A stretch of DNA of 64,000 bases from an uncultured Solirubrobacterales bacterium (lineage in GTDB: Bacteria > Actinomycetota > Thermoleophilia > Solirubrobacterales > Solirubrobacteraceae): positions 22,676-86,675 of the forward strand of contig CAVXPA010000007.1 in assembly GCA_963763525.1 (NCBI GenBank). Reading direction: 5' to 3'. Below are positions 22,924 to 32,091 of the stretch, one piece after another. Every line of letters begins with the position of its first letter. Within the stretch, counting starts at the first letter, position 1. The position numbers were made by a program, and so were the translations under genes. The notes beneath the pieces were generated by a model, which worked only from the letters and a program-made list of their open reading frames with translations, was not told the origin of the DNA and did not search any database.

Positions 22924-23059
22924 GCGACGCCTCCCCCATTTGGGTTCAGGAAAGTGGCCGCGGAGGCCCCAGAGCCCATCCAGCGGCAGCGCGGCTTATA
23001 CCATCGGTCGGCCGGTCAAGTCAAACGCCTACCGGCACCTCCGACCGGGCCGTCGGCGT

Positions 23060-23240
23060 CGCGATTGACCGCCGGCGGCGACTTTCGGTTCGCCCGGCGA
23101 TCCGCACCGCGGTGCACACGCACCGTGCGCTCGACGAGTTGGCGGAGCACCTCGCGGTCGGCGTCGCCTAGGCGCTCGAGGTGCCGAAGCCGACGATGCT
23201 GCTCTGCGAACCCGACGTGGTATAGCCGCGAGCCCGACAT
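23060..23240 (-). pseudogene. Possible remnant of the C-terminus of a DUF1801/YdhG-like gene
   Basis: [13 protein letters not shown]...[23 protein letters not shown] recalls DUF1801 C-termini; no N-terminal part is present. Confidence 0.35.
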
Positions 23241-23304
23241 GGCTTACCCTGGCGGATGCACACCTTTTCGGCGTCAACGTCCAGACCAATGGAGGCGGGA
23301 GCAC

Positions 23305-24129
23305 ATGGGCACGATCACCACGGCCGATGGCGTAGAGATCTTCTTCAAGGATTGGGGTTCGGGGCAACCGATTGTCTTCAGCCACGGTTGGCCGTTGTCG
23401 GCCGACGATTGGGATACGCAGATGTTGTTCTTCCTGCAGCATGGCTTTCGGGTGATCGCCCACGATCGCCGTGGGCATGGGCGCTCGAGCCAGACCGGTG
23501 AAGGTCACGACATGGATCACTACGCCGATGATCTGGCGGCCGTGACCGCGCACCTGGATCTGCGCGATGCGATCCACGTCGGGCATTCGACCGGCGGTGG
23601 CGAAGTCGTGCACTACATCGCGCGCCACGGTCAGGACCGGGTCGCGAAGGCGGTGCTGATCAGCTCGGTGCCGCCGCTGATGCTCAAGACCGACGCGAAC
23701 CCGGGCGGTTTGCCCAAGAGCGTGTTCGACGATCTGCAGGCGCAGCTGGCCAAGAATCGCTCGGTGTTCTACTACTCGCTCGCGTCGGGCCCGTTCTACG
23801 GCTTCAACCGTCCCGGCGCGCAGCCGTCGGAGCCGATCATCGAGAACTGGTGGCGCCAGGGGATGATGGGCGGCGCCAAGGCCCACTACGACGGGATCGT
23901 CGCGTTCTCGCAAACCGACTTCACGGAGGACCTCAAGCAGGTCACCGTGCCGGCACTGGTGATGCACGGCGACGATGATCAGATCGTCCCCTACGCCGAC
24001 TCGGGCCCACTATCGGCCGAGCTGATGCCCAACGCGACGCTCAAGACCTACCACGGCTTCCCGCACGGCATGCCGACAACCGAGGCCGAGACGATCGACG
24101 CCGACCTCCTGACCTTCGTCCAGTCCTGA
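23305..24129 (+). CDS. cpo: Non-heme haloperoxidase/perhydrolase (alpha/beta hydrolase)
   Basis: [54 protein letters not shown]; GGAGG RBS. Confidence 0.93.
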   Translation: MGTITTADGVEIFFKDWGSGQPIVFSHGWPLSADDWDTQMLFFLQHGFRVIAHDRRGHGRSSQTGEGHDMDHYADDLAAVTAHLDLRDAIHVGHSTGGGEVVHYIARHGQDRVAKAVLISSVPPLMLKTDANPGGLPKSVFDDLQAQLAKNRSVFYYSLASGPFYGFNRPGAQPSEPIIENWWRQGMMGGAKAHYDGIVAFSQTDFTEDLKQVTVPALVMHGDDDQIVPYADSGPLSAELMPNATLKTYHGFPHGMPTTEAETIDADLLTFVQS

Positions 24130-24174
24130 CCTCACGCGAATCTGCTCTAACGCCGCGGTCGCCGCGCAGACCCG

Positions 24175-24609
24175 TCAGTCGGACTCATCGCCGATCACGA
24201 GCACGGGGATCGTCGCTGCTCGGACGAGGTCCTGGACGACGCCGTGGAGCAGCAAGCGGCCGGCGCGACGGCTCGGGTGCTGGCCGCAGAGGATCAGGTC
24301 GAATCCGTGTTCGTGGGCGTACTCGAGCAGCGCGCGGGCTGGGTCCTCACCCTGGACGATCTCGTGAACGACGGTCAGGCCGGCACGCTCGGGGCGGTCG
24401 CTGACCGCCGCGAAGCTCTCTTGGAGGTAGCGGGTTGCCGCCTCCGTCGTTTCCCGGCGGTCGGCGGTCGTCTCGGCGTGGGCCGGGGTGTACGCAACGG
24501 AGACGGCGATCAACTCGCCGTCGTATCGGCGCGTCATGTCGATCGCGACGTCGAGCGCGCGCAGCGCGACCCGGGAGCCGTCCCACGCGAGGAGGAAGCG
24601 CTGGAACAT
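24175..24609 (-). CDS. Universal stress protein
   Basis: MFQRFLLAWDGSRVALRAL...GEDPARALL...DLILCG...IPVLVI. The start overlaps the upstream stop (TGATG). Confidence 0.9.
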   Translation of the reverse strand: MFQRFLLAWDGSRVALRALDVAIDMTRRYDGELIAVSVAYTPAHAETTADRRETTEAATRYLQESFAAVSDRPERAGLTVVHEIVQGEDPARALLEYAHEHGFDLILCGQHPSRRAGRLLLHGVVQDLVRAATIPVLVIGDESD

Positions 24610-26573
24610 CAGTGCAGGATGGGGATCAGGGCGAGGGCGAGGATGAGGGCGATGAGCATGTACAGGAGGTAGGCGGACAGGCGGCCGGATTGCAGACGTT
24701 GCATGGTCGCCGAGGCCGACAGCGCGAGGCGCTCGAGCGGCCGGTAGATGAACCGGTCGATGGCGAGCACGACCGTGCGCTCGAGCACGGGCTTCCGGTC
24801 CTCGTCGCCGGCGCCGGGCGCGATCACCTGCGATCGGTAGCCGAGCGGGCCGCGCAGGATCACGCGCATCGGGTTGGAATAGCTGGACGGCCGGTACTGG
24901 ACGGCGGCGAGGTCCGCGCCGCTGCCGGTGACCCAGACGGGGGCACGGCGCACCCGTCGTGGCCGGTTGGCGCCGGCGAGCAGGAGCGCGAGCGTCGCGT
25001 AGGCGGGGATGACGATCATCAGCCACGTCGGAGCGAGCACCGAGAAGTGCGCGAACACGGGCCCGAGGACGAGCGGGTGCGAGATGACCGCGCTGGCGGC
25101 GTTGAAGCCGACCAGCGCCTGGAGCCCGGACGCGAGCGCGTGGATCTCCCACGGCGCCGCCGCGCCGAGGAACAGAAGGATGAAGGCGAGCGCCGTGAGG
25201 CTCAGCGAGCCGCGGAACGTCTCGACCACGTTCGGGAGCCTCGTGCGGCTGGGTCCGAGGAATGTGAATCCGAAGAACTTGGCGAACGCGAGCAGCGCCA
25301 GCCCGGCGCTCAGCGCGAGCGCTGCCGCACCGAGCGCACAGAGCAGCTGCGAGAGCAGGGTCGGCATTCGGAACCCCTGCAGCAAAGCTTCGAACGTGAA
25401 CCACTCGCTCACGAAGCCCGCAAGCGGCGGGATCGCGGCGAGCGTGAAGGTGGCGATGCCGACGCCGGCGGCGGTCCGCGGGAGCCGGCGGCCAAGCCCG
25501 CCGAGCGGATCGAGCGTGCGGCGCCCGGTCGCAAGCTCAACCCTGTCGACGCCGATCAGAGCGAGCGTCTTGGCGAGGTTGGCGGCGCAGAGCTGAAGCG
25601 TCGCGGCGAGCAGCCCGGCGGCGGCGAGGCGACCGTTGTGGTCGCTCTGCCCGAGCAGCGCCACGCCGAAGCCGAGCAGAACGATGCCGGCCTGTTCGAC
25701 CGTCGAATAGCCGAGGAATCGGCGCAGGTCGTCCTGCGTGATCGCGTAGGCGATGCCGGTGATGGCGGTGAGCGCGCCGATGATCAGCGTCGCGTCGCCG
25801 CACCAGGTCGGGAGCGGGCCGGCGATCTCGAACACAAACCGCCAGAGCCCGTAGAACCCGGCGCCGAGGGCGACCGACAGCCACGCTGCCCCGAGGCGCG
25901 GCGAGGCGGCGTAGCCGGCGGGAAGGGCGCCCTGGACCGGAATGAGGCCGATCTTCGTGCCGAAGGCGGTCAGCAACAGCGCGAACAGCACGCCGCGCGT
26001 GCCGGCGGACAGCGCCGCGTGGTCCCACACGTCCAGGGAGAAGCTGTGCGTGTGCGCGTAGAGAAGGCCGATCGCGGCGAGCAGTGCTGCCCCGCCGAGC
26101 TTGGTCAGTCCGGCGGCGAAGTAGCCCTGGACCAGACGTTGCGGATGAGCGCGATCGGAGCTCGCGATCAGGTAGATGCAGACTGTGATCGTCTCCCACG
26201 CGAGGAAGAACAAGAACGCGTTGTCCGCACCGATCGCCACGGCGACCGCGAGCACCAGCGCGCAGCCCAGTCCGGTCAGCCAGCGTCCGGGTGGGCGCTC
26301 GATCGCCGCCCACGCGGTCGCCGCGGCGGTCACGCCGGTCACCGCGAAGAACACCCCGGCCAGTCCATCCGCACGCAGGGCCGAGGAGCCGAAACCGAAC
26401 CAGCCGCCGAGGTCAAGGACCGGGCGCGCGCCGCCGAGGGCGGCGGTCAGCCCCACCACGACGAGGGCCACACCGCCGCCGAGGTCCGCGGCGGCAGCAG
26501 CGCGCTCGTCGATCGCAGCGAGCGCGGGCGCGATGACGAGCGCGCAAAGCGCGACTGCGAACACGACGCTCAT
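24609..26573 (-). CDS. hyfB: Hydrogenase-4 component B-like antiporter-type membrane subunit (HyfB/HycC family)
   Basis: FFLAWE, FGTKIGLIP, QDDLRRFLGYSTVE, LGGLGRRLP, PPLAGFVSEW, QY...SYSNP, LQSGRLSAYLLY. Confidence 0.85.
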   Translation of the reverse strand: MSVVFAVALCALVIAPALAAIDERAAAAADLGGGVALVVVGLTAALGGARPVLDLGGWFGFGSSALRADGLAGVFFAVTGVTAAATAWAAIERPPGRWLTGLGCALVLAVAVAIGADNAFLFFLAWETITVCIYLIASSDRAHPQRLVQGYFAAGLTKLGGAALLAAIGLLYAHTHSFSLDVWDHAALSAGTRGVLFALLLTAFGTKIGLIPVQGALPAGYAASPRLGAAWLSVALGAGFYGLWRFVFEIAGPLPTWCGDATLIIGALTAITGIAYAITQDDLRRFLGYSTVEQAGIVLLGFGVALLGQSDHNGRLAAAGLLAATLQLCAANLAKTLALIGVDRVELATGRRTLDPLGGLGRRLPRTAAGVGIATFTLAAIPPLAGFVSEWFTFEALLQGFRMPTLLSQLLCALGAAALALSAGLALLAFAKFFGFTFLGPSRTRLPNVVETFRGSLSLTALAFILLFLGAAAPWEIHALASGLQALVGFNAASAVISHPLVLGPVFAHFSVLAPTWLMIVIPAYATLALLLAGANRPRRVRRAPVWVTGSGADLAAVQYRPSSYSNPMRVILRGPLGYRSQVIAPGAGDEDRKPVLERTVVLAIDRFIYRPLERLALSASATMQRLQSGRLSAYLLYMLIALILALALIPILH

Positions 26574-27350
26574 CCGGCGAGCACCGGCGTGAGGCGGAGG
26601 CGCCCAACCGCGAGGAGCAGCCCGTGCAGGATCGCGATCGGCGGCGGCGGGGAACCGGGAACGTAGACGTCGACGGGGAGCACCGCGTCGATGCCGCGCA
26701 ACTGCCCGCCTTCGGCCGCCAGTCCGCCGGAGCACGCGTCGGTGCCGACCGCAACGAGCGCTTTCGGGTCCGGCATCACGGCCCACGTGCGCTCGAGCGG
26801 CGCGCGCATCGGTGAGGTCACGACGCCGGTGGCGAGCAGCACGTCGGCGTGACGCGGTGCGGCAGTGAGGAAGAAACCGAGGCGCTGGATGTCGTAGTAC
26901 GGGTTCCAAAGCGCCTGGATCTCCCACTCCTCGGCGCCGTCGGAGCCGGTGTCGATGTGCCGCACGTGGATCGAGCGGCCGAGCGCGCGCGCCTGCTCGG
27001 CGAGCGCTCTGCGCACCGGAGCGGGATCGTGATCGTCCAGACGCCCGGCGATCAGCGACGATCGAGTGCGTCCAGCGGTCTCGTAGCGCTGCGCGAATCT
27101 GAGCCGTTGCGGCGCTGCGCGGACGCACTCGCCGCAGCTGATGCAGCGCCCCTGATCGAGCTGGAGCGTGCCGCGCTCGTCGACGGTGATCGCGCCGGTT
27201 GGACAGCACCACTCGAGCTCGGGGTCGGCGTGCTCGGGGTCGAGCACTTCGATCGCTCCCCGGTAGCCGGCCGGCGGTACCTCGGGCGGCGTTCGGATAG
27301 CGGGTCGTGATCCGCCCCTGCCTGAGCCCGCGCGGGATCCAGCCGAGCAT
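26570..27350 (-). CDS. Ferredoxin (HyfH-like) fused to a HycG/HyfI/NuoB-like small subunit that lacks the canonical cluster cysteines; frameshift near 27290
   Basis: MLGWIPRGLRQGRITTRYP, CCPTGAI, CISCGEC, then RHIDTGSDGAEEWEI, PRHADVLLATG, VDVYVPGSPP. Confidence 0.85.
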
Positions 27351-28846
27351 CAGCGGTCCGCTCCCGCCGGCGTGAGCCCGAAGCTGTGTTCGATGAACGC
27401 GAAGTCGGTCAGCACGTCCTTCGGGAACGCGTGATCGAACAGCGGCCAGTTCCGCAGCGACGGTGACGCCACGCGCATACGGCTGAGCAACCCGTCGCGC
27501 ACCTCCGCCCACACGACCAGCTCGCCCTGCGCCGCCTCAGCCCAGCCGAACGCGCTGCCCGTCCCGTCCGCGGGCAGCGCAATCGCGAGCTCGCCGTTGG
27601 CGCGTCGGAGGTGCTCGATCGCCTGCCGCAGGATCCGCAGCGACTCGGTCAGCTCGCCGAAGCGGACGAGCACGCGCGCCATCGCGTCCTCGTCGCGATG
27701 AGTCACGACCTCGAGGCCGAGCCGCAGGTATCCCCCATACGGCCGCTCGTGCCGCGCATCGATCGACAGTCCCGACCCGCGCGCGACCGGGCCGACCGCG
27801 CCGTACTGCTCCACGAGCGCCCGCGGCAAGCGGCCCGATCCGATCAGCCGGTCGGTCATCGAGGACGTGGCCAGGAACAATCGGCGGTCGCGGATCAGGT
27901 CGGCCTCGAGCCGGTCGAGCTCCGCGAGCAGCTCGCTCGGCGGCACCCGCGGCTCGAAGCGGACTCCACCCGGCAGCAGCACGCCGCGCCCGAAGCGCGA
28001 GCCCGTCAAGCGCATGCGCATGCGCATCACCTGCTCCTTGAGGATCTGAAAGCGCGCCTGTCCGACCGATAGCGCCGTCGTCTCCGCCTGCTTCGCGATC
28101 ACGTCGAGGTGGTTGGCCATCCGCTCGAGCTCCGCGTAGATCGCGCGCCAGCTCTCCGCCCGCGGCGGCGGCGTCACGCCGAGCGCGCGCTCGACCGCCT
28201 GCGAGAACGCGAGCGCGTACGCGACGCTCGAGATCCCGGCGATCCGCTCCGCCACGTGCACCGCTTCATCCCCCGCCATCCCCGCGGCCCGCTGCTCGAG
28301 CCCGCGGTGCTTGAAGAACGGCTTGGTCCGCACTCGCGTGACGTCCTCGCCGCCAGTCTCGATCAGGAACTGGATCGCCTCGAACACGCCCGATCGCACC
28401 GGTCCGAACGGCAGCGCGAAGACGTCGACTCCAGCGAGCGTGCGATCGACCGCGTCGGCGTCCGGCCGCGTCAAGTGCGGGAGCGCAACCAGTCCGACGG
28501 GCTTGACGCCCTCGCGGTCCGCGAGTTCCTGCTCGGTCCACCGGGCGGCGGGCCACGACGGCCCCAGCGCGGTGTAGGTCGGCGGCGCGGCGGGCGGTGT
28601 GGGCGCGCGCAGGACGACGAGATCTCCACGCATCGCAAACGCGCCGAGGAGCGCCGGCTCGGGAGATTCGGCGAGCAGCAGCGTCACGAACCGAGCTCCG
28701 GCACGTTGGAGCAGCCGGCCCGCGCGGCCGAACGCCAGGGGTGTCAGGCGAAGACGCACCTCGTTCGGCGGCCCCGGGTCTCGCACGGCACCGAGGTGCT
28801 CGGGCAGGTAGTCGGGCAGCTCGGTTCCTCGCGCGGTCAGGGTCAT
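27350..28846 (-). CDS. HycE/HyfG/NuoCD-like large subunit without NiFe-binding motifs (Ehr type)
   Basis: FFKHRGLE, AERIAGISS, AELERMANH, GPVARGSG, EAAQGE, SPSLRNW, DFAFIEHSF; no Cys from Met at 28846 to the stop. Confidence 0.88.
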   Translation of the reverse strand: MTLTARGTELPDYLPEHLGAVRDPGPPNEVRLRLTPLAFGRAGRLLQRAGARFVTLLLAESPEPALLGAFAMRGDLVVLRAPTPPAAPPTYTALGPSWPAARWTEQELADREGVKPVGLVALPHLTRPDADAVDRTLAGVDVFALPFGPVRSGVFEAIQFLIETGGEDVTRVRTKPFFKHRGLEQRAAGMAGDEAVHVAERIAGISSVAYALAFSQAVERALGVTPPPRAESWRAIYAELERMANHLDVIAKQAETTALSVGQARFQILKEQVMRMRMRLTGSRFGRGVLLPGGVRFEPRVPPSELLAELDRLEADLIRDRRLFLATSSMTDRLIGSGRLPRALVEQYGAVGPVARGSGLSIDARHERPYGGYLRLGLEVVTHRDEDAMARVLVRFGELTESLRILRQAIEHLRRANGELAIALPADGTGSAFGWAEAAQGELVVWAEVRDGLLSRMRVASPSLRNWPLFDHAFPKDVLTDFAFIEHSFGLTPAGADR

Positions 28847-30288
28847 CGCGGCGGCGCGGACAGCAGCTGGCCGGCGTGGTCGATCAGGCTCGACAGCGCG
28901 GAGGGAAGGTGAAGTCCGAGCGCCACTACCAGGAACAGGCACGCGAGCATCGCCGCCAGCATCCACACACTCCGTTCACCTGGCCGTGTGGCGGCAGCAG
29001 TGTCATCGGTGCGAGCGGCGGCCGGCGTCAGGATCATGCGGCCGGCGTGCCAGAGCACGCCGAAGAAGGCAACGTTGACGAACACGAGGAGCAACGCCAC
29101 GCCGACGTACTGCGCCTGCGCGAAGCCGCCGGTGACGATCTGGAACTCGCTGCGGAACACGCCGGAGATCGGCAACCCACACAGGGCGAGCGCGGCGGCG
29201 AGGAACATCGCTCCGGTCCACGGCATCGTCGACGCCGCGCCGGTCACCTCGTCGACGTCTTTCGTGTCATAACCGCGCAGCAGCGACCCGGCGCCGAAGA
29301 ACGCGAGGCCCTTCGCCGAGGCGTGCGTGATCACGTGCAGGAGCGCGCCCGCGACGGCGAGCGGCGCGCCGAAACCGACACCCAGCGCGATGATGCCCAT
29401 GTGCTCGATCGACGAGTACGCCAGCAACCGCTTGAAATTCCGCTGGCGCAGCACGAACAGGCTCGCGACGATCAGCGACAGCGCGCCGAACACGATCAGA
29501 ACGTGCTCGGCGAACGACCGCTCGCCGCCGGCGACGGCAATCTGGAAGAACCGCAGGATCGCGTAGAACGCGCTCGCCAACAGCGCCCCTGAGAGGAGCG
29601 CCGATATGGGCGCGGGCGCCTCGGAGTGCGCATCGGGCAGCCACGTGTGCATCGGGGCGAGCCCAACCTTCGTGCCGAACCCGACGACCGCCAGCACGAA
29701 CGACAGCCGCACCGCGTCATGCGACAGCGCAGGCGCGTGCGCGAGCAGGCGAGCGAACCGAGGCACGTACGAGCCGCCGAGCGCGCTCGTGCCGGTCGCG
29801 TACAGGACGATGATCGACAACAGCGCGATCCCAAGCCCGCACGAGGCGATCAAGAGGTACTTCCACGAGGCCTCCAGCGCAGCGTCAGTGCGATCGATCG
29901 CGACGAGCAGCGCGGACACGATCGTCGTCAGCTCCACCGCCACCCAGAGCGTCCCGAAGTCGCTCGCCAGCGGCACCAGCAGCATCGTCCAGCCGAACAG
30001 GTTCAGCAACCCGTAATACCGCCGCGCGAACCGGCGGTAGTCCGGCTTCGGCTCCTCGGCACCCAGATAGCCGACCGAGAACACGGCGGTGATCGCATAC
30101 AGCAGGGCGGTCGTCAGGAGAAACACCGCCCCCAGCGGATCGAGGGCGAGCCAGCCGTGGGCGGCGCGGACCGCGCCACCGTGCTCGACCGAGCTCGCGA
30201 GCGCGATCGCAAGACCGAGACTGGCGAAGCCCGCGAGCACGGTGACCGCCCGCGCCGCGCGCCAGCTCCCGAGCACGCTCACGAGCAC
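28843..30288 (-). CDS. hyfF: Hydrogenase-4 component F-like antiporter-type membrane subunit
   Basis: WVAVELTT, ALEASWKY, GTKVGLAPMHTWLPDAHSEAPAPISALLSG, FKRLLAYSSIEHMG, FRSE. The frame stays open upstream to about 30330. Confidence 0.9.
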   Translation of the reverse strand: MLVSVLGSWRAARAVTVLAGFASLGLAIALASSVEHGGAVRAAHGWLALDPLGAVFLLTTALLYAITAVFSVGYLGAEEPKPDYRRFARRYYGLLNLFGWTMLLVPLASDFGTLWVAVELTTIVSALLVAIDRTDAALEASWKYLLIASCGLGIALLSIIVLYATGTSALGGSYVPRFARLLAHAPALSHDAVRLSFVLAVVGFGTKVGLAPMHTWLPDAHSEAPAPISALLSGALLASAFYAILRFFQIAVAGGERSFAEHVLIVFGALSLIVASLFVLRQRNFKRLLAYSSIEHMGIIALGVGFGAPLAVAGALLHVITHASAKGLAFFGAGSLLRGYDTKDVDEVTGAASTMPWTGAMFLAAALALCGLPISGVFRSEFQIVTGGFAQAQYVGVALLLVFVNVAFFGVLWHAGRMILTPAAARTDDTAAATRPGERSVWMLAAMLACLFLVVALGLHLPSALSSLIDHAGQLLSAPPR

Positions 30289-30328
30289 CGCCCCGAGGGG
30301 AACGACAACGGTCAGGATCGCGCCCAGC

Positions 30329-31961
30329 TCAACCGGTCAACCTGTTCAGGACGTCTGTGCGGACTGCGGTGCGCGCGAGCGCCAGATACTGGACGAGCAC
30401 GACGAACACCAGCACGCCGATCAGCACGTCGAACAGCAGCAGCAGCGCCAGGATGATCGGCAGTCCGGGCGCGATCACGAGGCTCGCGACCGATACCGCG
30501 TTCTCCAGCACCAAGAACCCGAGCAGCTGCGACGGCGCGTACGGGCGCACGACCATCAGCAGGAACGCGACCAGGATCCCGCTGACCGCGACCGGCAGCG
30601 CCTCGAGTGGCAGCGACCCGACCCCGCCGATGTGGACCGGGCGCAGCGCGATGAACACGAACGCGCTCAGCACCACCCCGATCAGGATCGACGATGCCAC
30701 GCCGATGCTCGACGGGATCCGCGGATCGGCCTCGAGGTTGCGCAACACGAAGCGGATCCCGAGCGGGAACAGCAGCGCCTTGAGCGCGATCGTGGTCGCG
30801 GCGAGCACGTACAGCGAGCTACCGGCGTGCCCGTTCGCGGCGGTCGCGATCGCGAGCGCCCCGACGACGAGCGACCCGAAGGAGTAGAGCCGAAGCTGCT
30901 CCCAGATGTCCTGCGAGCGCAGCAGCATCAACTCGAGCAGCAGCACGAGCACCGCCGCGATCGTGGTCGCGGCCCCGAACACGCTCAGCCGCGCGGCGCC
31001 GAACGAGGGCTGGAAGAGAAAGATAACGACGGCGAGCACGGCGAGCATGAAGCTCGCGACCGTGAACTCCGGGATCTTGTACAGACGCAGCTTCGCGAAG
31101 CTCGACTCGATCACGACGACGGCCGCGCCGATTCCGAGCGCCTTCACGAACAGCAGCCCGATCGCCTCCAGCACGTGGTCGAGCCGCCCGTCGCTCGCGA
31201 GCCCCCAGGGCACCAGCAGGACGTTGGCGAAGATCGTGTACAGCACGAGCTGCTTGACCGCCGAGCCCCAGCGCAGCAACGCCAACCCGGGGCCCGAGTG
31301 CTCCGCGACCCGAGCCTCCTCGATCTGACCGAACTCGAGCGTGCCGCCGTGGCTCTCGACCGGGATCCGCCCGGTCTCGCTCAGGACCAGCATGAAGAAC
31401 GCCGCCACGATCAGCAGATGGCTCGGCCGCACGAACTCGACCGCCGAGCTGCGCAGCGTCGCCCCCAGGACATATGGAAGATCGGTATGCGTGGTCAGCG
31501 CCACGACGAAGATCACGAAGATCACCGTGGCTCGTTCAACGCCCCGAAAGATCGAAGGCGGCTCGAGCCGAGCTGTGCGTAAGGGCTACCGCTGTCGATC
31601 GCGGCGATCGAGATCGCAAAGCTCGCCATCCCGAGCAGCAGCCCGCCGGCCAGGATGTCGCCCATGTAGCCGAGCGGCAGTCCGAAGCTCGTCAGCACCG
31701 GGATCAGCAGCGGCACCGTCGCGTAGCCCGCGAAGCTGACGTACGGCGCGAGCCGGAACACGGGTCCAGCCGGCTGCGGCAGCACCGTCTCCTTGCGCAG
31801 CAGCTTCAGGATGTCGAAATACGGCTGCAGCACCCTCGGCCCCTGGCGCTGCTGGATCCGCGCCTCTGCGCGCGCGATCAGACCGGTGAGGAGCGGTGCG
31901 AGCGCCAGCACCGTGAGAACCTGGAGGACCTGTATCGCCCAATCGGGGAGGGTTGGCGCAA
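30329..31961 (-). CDS. Fused HyfC/HycD (NuoH-like) + HyfE membrane protein; frameshift near 31525
   Basis: RIQQRQGPRVLQPYFDILKLLRKE, LGSSR, ETGRIPVE, ESSFAKLRL, then in frame HyfE-like ALKALLFP, QLLGFLVLENA. An AAAGGAG SD is present; no clean in-frame start near 31960. Confidence 0.82.
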
Positions 31962-31970
31962 CCGTGACGA

Positions 31971-32005
31971 GCTCCTTTCGCGCATCTCAACTCTGCGAAA
32001 GGAGC
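31971..32005 (-). promoter_or_regulatory. Riboswitch expression platform: SD-sequestering hairpin
   Basis: Perfect 11-bp stem GCTCCTTTCGC / GCGAAAGGAGC that contains the AAAGGAG SD and overlaps the aptamer 3' end. Confidence 0.75.
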
Positions 32006-32066
32006 CATCAGCCCTTTTGTGTGGGCGGTTAGGGAGCGCCTACTCCCGCCAGGACTCCATCTGGCC
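32000..32066 (-). ncRNA. Fluoride riboswitch (crcB motif)
   Basis: Minus strand GCCAG-ATGGAGTC-CTGGC...AACCGCCC...GGGCTGATGGCTCCT fits the crcB consensus: P1 loop GAUGGAGU, AACCGC, and 3' GCUGAUGRCUCCU pseudoknot partner. Confidence 0.88.
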
Positions 32067-32091
32067 ACTCCCCAAGATATCGCACCGGCGA

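Noticed and set aside
24609-31961. Functional NiFe hydrogenase-4 / formate hydrogenlyase
   Set aside because: No Ni-binding CxxC motifs, no canonical small-subunit cluster cysteines, and no maturation or FDH genes in the window.
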